Source: Octopus bimaculoides (taxonomy: Eukaryota). Taken from it: 64,000 nt of DNA. Location of the stretch: assembly GCF_001194135.2 (NCBI RefSeq), contig NC_069007.1:22156545-22220544 (forward strand), in the 5' to 3' direction. Below are positions 50,401 to 62,400 of this stretch, in pieces. The notes under the pieces are model-generated. The model was not told the DNA's origin, did not search any database, and was given only the letters and a program-made list of their open reading frames with translations. A program made the position numbers and the translations under genes. The stretch's first letter is position 1. Every line of letters starts with the position of its first letter.

Positions 50401-53400
50401 GTTCGTTCCTACGTACGTATGTACGTACAATCGTTCGTTTTTACTTACGTAAGTACGTTTGCTCCTTCGTTCGCTCGTACGTTCGTTCGTTCCTTCGTAC
50501 GTACGTTCGTTTGTTAGCTCGTTTGTTCGTCCGTACGTAAGAACNNNNNNNNNNNNNNNNNNNNNNNNNNNNNNNNNNNNNNNNNNNNNNNNNNNNNNNN
50601 NNNNNNNNNNNNNNNNNNNNNNNNNNNNNNNNNNNNNNNNNNNNNNNNNNNNNNNNNNNNNNNNNNNNNNNNNNNNNNNNNNNNNNNNNNNNNNNNNNNN
50701 NNNNNNNNNNNNNNNNNNNNNNNNNNNNNNNNNNNNNNNNNNNNNNNNNNNNNNNNNNNNNNNNNNNNNNNNNNNNNNNNNNNNNNNNNNNNNNNNNNNN
50801 NNNNNNNNNNNNNNNNNNNNNNNNNNNNNNNNNNNNNNNNNNNNNNNNNNNNNNNNNNNNNNNNNNNNNNNNNNNNNNNNNNNNNNNNNNNNNNNNNNNN
50901 NNNNNNNNNNNNNNNNNNNNNNNNNNNNNNNNNNNNNNNNNNNNNNNNNNNNNNNNNNNNNNNNNNNNNNNNNNNNNNNNNNNNNNNNNNNNNNNNNNNN
51001 NNNNNNNNNNNNNNNNNNNNNNNNNNNNNNNNNNNNNNNNNNNNNNNNNNNNNNNNNNNNNNNNNNNNNNNNNNNNNNNNNNNNNNNNNNNNNNNNNNNN
51101 NNNNNNNNNNNNNNNNNNNNNNNNNNNNNNNNNNNNNNNNNNNNNNNNNNNNNNNNNNNNNNNNNNNNNNNNNNNNNNNNNNNNNNNNNNNNNNNNNNNN
51201 CGTTCCTTCGTTATTTCCAGCCTACGTACGTTCTTTTGTTATTTCCTTCCTTCGTACGTACGTTCGTACGGATATATGTACGTTCGTTCGTTCGTCCGTC
51301 CGTACTTAAGTACGTTCTTTCGTTATTTCCTGCCTACGTAATACGTACGTTCGTACTTACGTTTGTTTCTTTGTTCGTTCGTTCGTTCTTTCGTTATTTC
51401 TTGCCTATGTAGGTACGTACGTATGTTCGTTCCTTCGTTCATACGTACCTCTGTACGTACATTTGTTCGTTCGTACGTACTTTCGTTAATTCCTGCCTAC
51501 ATAATACATATGTACGTTCGTTCTTACGTACGTCCGTCCGTTCTTTCGTTTGTTCCTTGGCTCATTCGTACATTCGTTCGTTCGTACGAACGTAACTACG
51601 TACGTTCGTTCCTTCTTTCTTTCATTCGTACGTACGTTCGATCGTTCGTTCTTTAATTCGTTCGATTGTTCGTTCGTACGTACGTTCTTTCGTACGTAGG
51701 TACGTTCCTTCGTTATTTCTTGCCTGCGTACGTACGTTCATTCGTACGTACATTCGTTCGTTCAATCGTTCGTACGTACGTATATATATACACGTTCCTT
51801 CGTACTTACGTACGTACGTTCGATCCTTCATACGTACGTACGTTCGTTCGTTTGACCGTCCGTACGTAAGTAGGTTGGTTTGTTCGTTCCTTCGTACGTA
51901 CGTTCGTTCTTAGGTACGTACGTTCTTTCGTTAATTCCTGCCTACGTAACACGTACGTTCGTTCGTACTTTCTTTCGTTATTTCCTGCCTACGTACGTAC
52001 GTTCGTTCATTCGTACGTACGTTCGTACAAACGTTACTACGTATGTACGTACGTACATTCGTTCTTTCTTTCTTTCGTTCAATCTTACGTACGTACGTAC
52101 GATCCTTCGTTAATTAGTTCGTAATTTAATTCGTTCGATTGTTCGTTCGTACGTAAGTTCGTTCTTACATACGTAGGTAATTACGTTCCTTTGTTTGTTC
52201 GTACGTACGTTCGTTCGTTCCTTCATGCGTACGTTCGTTTCACCGTTCGTTTGTTCGTACGTAAGTTCGTTCTTCCGTACGCAAATACTTTCGTTCGTTC
52301 GTTTGTTCTTTCGTTCCTTCGTACGTAGGTTCGTACGTACGCACGTTTGTTCGTTCATAAGTACGTTCGTACGTACGCAAGTTCTATCGTTATTTCCAGC
52401 CTACGTAATACGTACGTTCGTTCCTTCGTTATTTTCTGCCTACGTACGTATGGTCGTTCGTACGTGCATTCGTTTGTTCCTTCCTTCGTACGTACGCACG
52501 TACGTTCGATCGTTGGTTCTTTCGTGCGGCCGTTGCTACGTACGTATGTACGTACGCTCGTTCGTACAAACGTAACTACGTACGTACGTTCGTTCTTACG
52601 TAAGTACGTTCATTCTTTAATTCGTTCGATTGTTCGTTCGTACGTACGTTTTCATTATTTCTTGACTGCGTACGTACGTTCGTTCGTACGTACGTTCGTT
52701 CGTATGTACCTACGTTCGATTGGTCGTTGATTCGTACGTATGTACGTACCTTTCGTTCATACATACCTATATACGTACGTACGTTCGTCCGTGCGGTGTT
52801 TCTTTATTTCTTGCCTACGTAATACGTACGAACATTCGTTCGGAAGTACGTTCCTTCGTTATTTCCAGCCTACGTACGTACGTACGTTCTTTTGTTATTT
52901 CCTTCCTTCGTACGTACGTTCGTACGGATATATGTACGTTCGTCCGTACTTAAGTACGTTCTTTCGTTATTTCCTGCCTACGTAATACGTACGTTCGTAC
53001 TTACGTTTGTTTCTTTGTTCGTTCGTTCGTACGTACGTTCGTTCTTTCGTTATCTCTTGCCTATGTAGGTACGTACGTACGTATGTTCGTTCGTTCATAC
53101 GTACGAACGTACGTTCGTTAGTACGTACCTCCGTTTGTTGGTTCGTACGTACTTTCGTTAATTCCTGCCTACATAATACATATGTACGTTCGTTCTTACG
53201 TACGTCCGTTCGTTCATATGTTCGTTCGTTGTTTCGTTTGTTCCTTGGTTCATTCGTTCGTTGGTACGTACGTACGTTCACTTGTCCGTTCGTTCGTACG
53301 AACGTAACTACGTACGTTCCTTCTTTCTTTCATTCGTACGTACGTTCGATCGTTCGTTCTTACTTACGTAAGTACGTACGTTCGTATGTTCGTTGTTAGG

Positions 53401-56400
53401 TACGTACGTTCATTCGTTAATTCCTGCCTACGTAATACGTACGTTCGTACTTTCTTTCGTTATTTCCTGCCTACGTACGTACGTTCGTTTGTTCGTTCGA
53501 TCGTTCTTTCGTTCGTTTCTTCGTTCGTTCGTTCATTCGTACGTACGTTCGTACAAACGCGACTACGTACATTCGTTCGTTCTTTCTTTCGTTCAATCTT
53601 ACGTACGTACGTACGATCCTTCGTTAATTAGTTCGTAATTTAATTCGTTCGATTGTTCGTTCGTACGTACGTTCGTTAAATCGTTGGTACGTACGTACGT
53701 ATATATGTGCGATCGTTCGTACTTACGTTCGTTCTTTCATTCGTTCGTACATACGTTCGATCCTTCATACGTTCGTAAGTTCGTACGTTCGGACGAACGT
53801 AAGTACTTTCGTTCGTTCGTACATACGTACGAATGTATGTTCGTTCATACGTACCTATATACGTACGTTGTTTCTTTATTTCTTGCCTACGTAATACGTA
53901 CGTACGTTCTTTCGTTATTTCCTGCCTACGTACGTACGTATGTTCGTTCGTTCATACGGACGAACGTACGTCCGTTAGTACGTACTTCTGTACGTACGTT
54001 TGTTCGCACGTACGTACGTTCGTTCACACGTACATTCTTTCGTTATTTCCTGCCTACTTAATACGTACGTACGTTCGTTCCTTCGTACGTACGCTCGTTC
54101 GTTCGGTCGTAATTACTTACGTACGTTTATTCGTTCGTTTGTTCGTACGTTCGTTAGTTCTTTCGTACGTACGTTCGTTCTTTCTTGCCTATGTATGTAC
54201 GTACGTTTGTTCGTTCGTACGTACGTTCGTTCATATGTACGAACGTACGTTCCTTTTGTACGTACTCCGTACGTACGTTCTTTCGTTAATTCCTGTCTAC
54301 ATAATACGTATGTACGTTCGTTCTTACGTACGTTCGTTCGTTCATTCGCACACATGTTCGTTCGTTCTTACTTACGTAAGTACGTTCGTTTTTTAATTCA
54401 TTTGATTTTTTATCGTACGTACGTACGTTCGTTCGTACTTAGGTACGTTCTTTCGTTATTTCCTGCCTGCGTACGTACGTTCGTTCGTAAATACGTTCGT
54501 TCGTACGTACGTACGTATATATATACACATTCGTTCGTACTTACGTACGTGCGTTCGTTCTCTCATTCGATCGTACATACGTACGTAAGTTCGTCTGTCC
54601 GTAAGTACGTTCGTTCCTTCCTTCGTTTGTTTGTTCGTTCATACGTACGTTCGTTCTTACGTTCTTTCGTTATTTCCTGCCTACGTACGTACGTTCGTTT
54701 GTTCGTTCGATCGTTCGTTCATTCGTACGTACGTACGTTCGTTCCTACGTACGTTCGTTCAATCTAACGTACGTAGTACGATCCTTCGTTAATTCGTACT
54801 TACGTAAGTACGTTCGTTCTTTAGTTCGTTCGTACGTACGTTCCTTCTTTCTTTCGTTTAATCGTTGATTCGTACGTATGTACGAACGAACATACGTACG
54901 TTCGTTCGTTCCTTCGTTTATACGTACGAATGTACGTTCGTACGTGCCTATATACGTACGTACGTTCTTTCTTTATTTCTTGCCTACGTAATACGTTCGT
55001 TCGTACATACGTTCTTTCGTTATTTCCTGTCTACGTACGTTCGTACGTTCTTTCGTTATTTGCTTCCTGCGTACGTGTATATGTACGTTTGTTTGTTCGT
55101 TCGTACGTACGTACGTTCGTTCATACGTACGTACGGAAGTTCGTTCGTTCGTCCGTACTTACGTAAGTACTGACGTACGTTTATTCGTACGTACGTACGT
55201 TCTTTCGTTCGTTTGTACGTTCTTTCAGTATTTCCTACCTACATACGTACGTACGTTCGATTGTAAGTTCGTTCGTTCAATCGTTCTTTCATTCGCACGT
55301 ATGTTCGTTCGGTCGTTCCAACGTACGTTCGTACGTATGTTCGTTCGTTAGCACGAACGTACGTTCGTTAGTTCGATCTTTCTTTCAATCGTACGTATGT
55401 ACGATCGGTCGTGTATTCGTTCGTTCTTATTTACGTAAGTACGTTCGATCTTTAATTCGTTCGATTGTTTGTACGTACGTACGTTCATTCGTTCGTACGT
55501 TATTTCGTTATTTCTTGCCTGCGTACGTATGTTCGTTCGTACGTATATATGTACATTCGTTCGTACTTACGTACGTACGTTCGTTCTTTCGTACATACTT
55601 ATGTTCGTTCGTTTTTACGTTCATGCGTACGTTCGTTCTTTCGTTATTTCCTGCCTACGTATTACGTACGTTCGTCCCTTCTTACGTACGTCCGTTCGGT
55701 CGTAAGTACGTACGTACGCTTATTCGTTTGTTCGTACGTACGTACGTTCGTTCGTTCATACGCACATTCGTTCGTACGTACGTTCTTTCGTTATTTCCTG
55801 CTTACTTAATACGTACGTACGTTCGTTCGGTCGTAATTACGTACGTACGTTTATTCGTTCGTTCATTCATACATATGTACGTACGAACATACGTACGTTC
55901 GTTCATTCGTACGTACACTTGTTCGTACGTACGTACGTTCGTTCCATCGTACGTACGTACGTTCATTTGCTCGATCGTTCTTTCGTTCGTTTATTTCGTT
56001 CTTCCGTACGTACGTACGATCGTTCGTTCGTACGTATGTTCATACTTTCGTTCGTTACTCGTTCGATCGGTCGTTCCTTTGTTCGTGCGTACTTACTTAC
56101 GTTCGTACTTATTTACATACGTACGTACGTTCATTCTTTCGGTCGTTCGTAACTTACGTACGTCCGTTCTTTCATTCGTACGAACGTACATAGTTTCCTT
56201 CGTTCGTACGTTCTTTCAGATGCACGTACGTAAGTTCGTTCATTTTATTCGTTCGCTCGCTCGCTCGCTCCTTCCTTCGTACGTATGTACGTTCGTTCGT
56301 TCTTTCGTTCAATCGTTCGTTAGTTTGTTCGTTCGTTCATACGTACGTACATATGTACCTACTTACGTACGTTCGTTTGTTCGTACATAAATACGTACGT

Positions 56401-59400
56401 TCGTTCATTCGTACATACGTACATTCATTTCTTTGTTCGTTCGAATAAGCGAACGGAAACATATACATACGTCCGTACGTACGAAAGAACGAACGAGCGA
56501 ATGAACATACGCATGTACGTATGAACGGACTAACGAATGAACGTACATACGTACGTACGAACGAAAGAATGAAAGAACGTACGTACGTACGAACGAACGA
56601 ACGCAAGAACGAAAGTACGTACGTACCTATGTACTAACGAACGAACGAACGTACGTACGAACGAGCGAACGAAGGAACGTACGTACATACGTCCGTACGT
56701 ACGAACGAAGGTACGTACATACAACGATCGGACGAACGAAAGAACGTGCGTACATACCTACGTACGAACGAACGAACGTAGATACATACTAACGAACGAA
56801 AGAACAAGCGTACGTAAGAACAAACGAATGAACGAACGTACGCACGTGTGAACGAACGAAGGAACGTACGTACATACATCCGTAAGTAGGAACGATCGAA
56901 CGAGTAAACGAACGTACGTACGTACGAAGTAACGTAGGTACGTACGCACAACGAACGTATGTACATACATACGAATGAAAGAACGAACGAACGTACGTAG
57001 ATAAGAACGATCGAATGAACGAACTAACGAATAAACGTACGTACGAACAAACGAAAGAACGAACGTACGTACACAAGTACGAACGAACGAAGGTACGTAC
57101 GTACGCACGTAAGTACGAACGAACGAGCGAACGAACTACGTACGTACGTAAGTACGAACGAACAAACGTACGTAAGTACGAACGAACGTAAGTACGAACG
57201 AACGAACGTAATTACGTACGTACGTACGAACGATCATACGTACGTATGAACGGACGAACTAATGAACGAACGAACGAACGTAGGAACGAACGAATGAACG
57301 AACGAAAGAAAGAACGTACGTACGTACGAACGAAAAAATTAACGAAGGACCGAACGAATGAACGATAGAAGGAACGAACGATCGTACAAGCAAATTCTCG
57401 AACAAACGTAGGTACGTACGTAGGAACGAACGAACAACCGTACGTAGTAACGAACGAACGAAGGATCGAACAATGGAATGAACGAACGAAGGAACAAAAG
57501 AACGAACGAATGAAATAACGAAAAAACGTACGTACGAACGAACACACGTACGTTCGTACGTACGCATGTGCAAACGTAAGAACGAACGAACGAACGTACG
57601 AAAGAACGACCGAACGTACGTACATGCGCATGTACGTACGAACGACCGAACGAACGTACGTACGTGCGTGCCTACGTACGATCGAGCGGACGAACGAAAG
57701 AACGAACGTACGAATGAACGAACGAACGTACGTATGTACGAACGAATGATCGAACGTACGTAAGTACGTACGAACGATCGTACGTACGTACAACCAAACG
57801 AACGAACGTACGTACGTAGATAAGTACGTACGAACGAACGAATGTACGTACGTAAATACGTACGTACGAATGAACAAAAGAACGTACATACGTATGTACG
57901 TACGAACGAACGTAGGTAAGAACGAACGAATGAAGGAACGAACGTAAGAATGTACGTAGGTACGAACGAACGTACGTACGAATGAACGATCGTACGTACG
58001 TACATACGAACGAACGAACGTAGTACGTACGAACGAACTACTGATCGAACGATAGTACGTACGTACTTACGTAAGAACGAACGAACAAAAGTACGAAAGA
58101 ACGTACGTACATAGGTGCGGACGAACGACCGATCGAACAAACATACGTACGTAAGTACGAATTAACGAACAAACGAAAGAACGAACGAACGAACGAAAGA
58201 ACGAACGAACGAACGTACGTAAGAACGATCGAACGAACGAACGAACGTACGTAAGTACGAACGAACGAACGAACGTACGTAAGTACGAACGAACGAACGT
58301 AATTATGTACGTACGAAGGATCATACGTACGTACGTGCGTATGAACTAATGAACGTAGGAACGAACGAATGAACGTACGTACGAACGAACGAAAGAATTA
58401 ACGAAAGAACGAACGAATGAACGATAGAAGGAACGAACGATCGTACAAACGAATTCTCGAACAAACGTACGTACGTACGTACGAACGAACGAACAACCGT
58501 ACGTACGAACGAACAAAGCAATGAACGAACATACGCAGGAACGAACGAAAGAAGGATCGAACGATGGAATGAACGAACGAAGGAACAAAAGAACGAACGA
58601 ATGAAATAACGAAAAAACGTACGTACGAACGAACGTATGCACGTGCAAACGTAAGAACGAACGAACGTACGTACGAAATAACGAACGAACAAACGAAAGA
58701 ACGACCGAACGAACGACCGAACGTACGTACGAACGACCGAACGTACGTACGAACGACCGAACGTACGTACGATCGAGCGAACGAAACAACGAACGTACGT
58801 TTGTACGTACGTTCATACGTACGAACGAACTAACGAACGAAAGTACGTGGGTACGAACGAACGTACGTATGTGCGAACAAACGCACGAACAAACGAACGA
58901 ACAACAAATGAATTTACGTACGTAAATACGTATGTACATTCGTAAGTACGTACGTACGAACGAACGGAAGAACGAATTAACGAATGAACGAAGGTACGTA
59001 CGTATGTACATAAGTACGAACAAACGAAGGTACGTACGTACGCACGTAAGTACGAACGAACGATCGAACGAAAGAACGAACATACGTACGTACGTAAGTA
59101 CGAACGAACGTAATTACGTACGTACGTACGAACAAACGCACGTTCGAACGAACATACGTGCGTACGTACGTATGAACAACCGAACGTACGAACGAACGAA
59201 CGAACGAAATAACGAAAAAACGAACGAACGACGCACGTGCAAACGTAAGAACTAACGAACGTACGAAATAACGAACGTACGAAAGAACAAACGAAAGAAC
59301 GAACGTACGTACGTATGTACATAAGTACGAACGAACGATCGTACAAACGAATTCTCGAACAAACATACGTACTAACGAACGAACGAAGAACCGTACGTAT

Positions 59401-62400
59401 GAACGAACATACGTACGTAGGAACGAACGAACGAAAGAAGGATCGAACGATGGAATGAACGAACGAACGTACGCACGTGCAAACGTAAGAACGAACGTAC
59501 GTACCTACGAAATAACGAATGAACAAACGAAAGATCGAACGTACGTACGAACGAACTAACGACCGAACGAACGAACGTAAGAACGAACGAACGTACGTAC
59601 ATACAAACGAATGAAGGAACTAGCGAACGAACGTACGTGCGTAGATAAGTACGTACGAACGATCGAACAAACGAATGTACATACGTATGAACGACCGAGC
59701 GAACCAACGAACGAAGAAAAGAACGAAAGTACGTAGATACGAACGAACGAACAACGAATGAACCTACGTACGTAAATACGTATGTACATTCGGAAGTATG
59801 TACGTACGAACGTACGTACGTAAGAACGAACGAACGTACGACCGAACGATTGAAGGAACGAACGTACGTGCGTACGAATGAACGATCGTACGTACGTACG
59901 TACGAACGAAGGAACTAGGGACCGAACGAAGAAAAGTACGAACGAAAGAACGAACGTACGTACGAACGATCGAACGAGCGAACGTACGTACGTAAGTACG
60001 AACGAACGAACGAACGATCATACGTACGTACGTACGAACGAACGAACTAATGAACGAACAAACGAACGTAGGTACGTAGGAACGAACGAATGAAAGAACT
60101 ACGTACGTACGAACGAACAACCGTACGTACGAACGAAGAAACGAACGAACATACGTATGTTTGAAAGAACGAACAAAAGAAGAATCGAACAATGGAATGA
60201 ACGAACGAAAGAAGAATTGAACAATGGAATGAACGAACGAAGTAACAAAAGAACGAACGAACGAAATAACGAAAAAACGTACTACGTACGAACGAACGAC
60301 CGTACATACGAAATAACGAAGGTATGAAAGAACGAACGAACAAACGAAAGAACGAACTAACGAACGAACGTACGTACGTACATACGTATGATCGAGTGAA
60401 GGAACAAAACAACGAACAAACGAACGTACGTTCATACGTACGAATGAACGAACGAAAGTATGTACGAACGAACATACGTACGTAGGAACGAACGAACGAT
60501 GGAATGAACGAACGAACGAACGTAGGTAAGTACCGTACCTAGGTACGTACGTAAATACGTAACTAAGTACGTACGTACGAATGAACAAACAAACGTACTT
60601 ACGTATGAACGAATGAATGAAAGAACGAACGTACGTAGGTACGAATGATTGCACGAACGAACGAACGAACAACGAATGAACTTACGTACGTAAATACGTA
60701 TGTACATTCGTAAGTAAGTACGTACGAACGAACTAACGATCGAACAAACAAAAAAAAGAACGAATGAAGGAACGAACGAACGTAAGGATGTACGTAGGTA
60801 CGAACGAACAAATGAAAGAACGTNNNNNNNNNNNNNNNNNNNNNNNNNNNNNNNNNNNNNNNNNNNNNNNNNNNNNNNNNNNNNNNNNNNNNNNNNNNNN
60901 NNNNNNNNNNNNNNNNNNNNNNNNNNNNNNNNNNNNNNNNNNNNNNNNNNNNNNNNNNNNNNNNNNNNNNNNNNNNNNNNNNNNNNNNNNNNNNNNNNNN
61001 NNNNNNNNNNNNNNNNNNNNNNNNNNNNNNNNNNNNNNNNNNNNNNNNNNNNNNNNNNNNNNNNNNNNNNNNNNNNNNNNNNNNNNNNNNNNNNNNNNNN
61101 NNNNNNNNNNNNNNNNNNNNNNNNNNNNNNNNNNNNNNNNNNNNNNNNNNNNNNNNNNNNNNNNNNNNNNNNNNNNNNNNNNNNNNNNNNNNNNNNNNNN
61201 NNNNNNNNNNNNNNNNNNNNNNNNNNNNNNNNNNNNNNNNNNNNNNNNNNNNNNNNNNNNNNNNNNNNNNNNNNNNNNNNNTGGAATGAAGGAACGAAGG
61301 AACAAAAGAACGAACGAACGAAAAAACGAACGTACGTACGAATGAACAGACGTACGTTCGTACGTACGAACGAACGAACGTACGTACGAAATAACGAAGG
61401 TACGAAAGAACTAACGAACAAACGAAAGAACGAACGTACGCACGTACGTACGAACGAACGAACTAACGACCGAACGTACGTACATACGTATGTACGTACG
61501 AACGACCGAACGTTTGTACGTACGTTCATATGTACGAATGAACGAACGAACGTACGAATGAACAAACAAACGTACATACGTACGAACGTACGTACGAACG
61601 ACCAAGCGAACCAACGTACGTACGAACGACCAAGCGAACCAACGAACGAACGCACTTACGTATGAATGAACGAACGAATGAAAGAACGAACGTACGTAGG
61701 TACGAACGTTCGCACGAACGAACGAACAACGAATGCACTTACGTACGTAAATACGTATATACATTCGTAAATAAGTACGTACGAACGAACGTACGTAAGA
61801 ACGAACGAANNNNNNNNNNNNNNNNNNNNNNNNNNNNNNNNNNNNNNNNNNNNNNNNNNNNNNNNNNNNNNNNNNNNNNNNNNNNNNNNNNNNNNNNNNN
61901 NNNNNNNNNATATGTACGAATGAACGAACGAACGTACGAATGAACAAACGAACGTACATTCGTACGAACGAACGTACGTACGAACGTACGTACGAACGAC
62001 CAAGCGAACCAACGTACGTACGAACGACCAAGCGAACCAACGAACGAACGCACTTACGTATGAATGAACGAACGAATGAAAGAACGAACGTACGTAGGTA
62101 CGAACGATCGCACGAACGAACGAACAACGAATGCACTTACGTACGTAAATACGTATGTACATTCGTAAATAAGTACGTACGAATGAACGATCGTACGTAC
62201 GTACATACGAACGAATTAGGGAACGAACGTACGTACGTAGGTAAGTACGTACGAACGAACGTACGTAGGTACTTACGTAAGTACGTACTTACGTAAGTAC
62301 GAACGAACGAACATACGTACGTACGAAAGAACGAACGTACGTACATACGTGCGGACGAACGCCGATCGAACGAATGAACGAATTAACCAACGAACGAACG

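Noticed and set aside
61560-62160. Near-identical blocks on either side of gaps (61810-61909; also 45138-45147)
   Set aside because: Typical unmerged contig-end overlaps; not used as HOR evidence.
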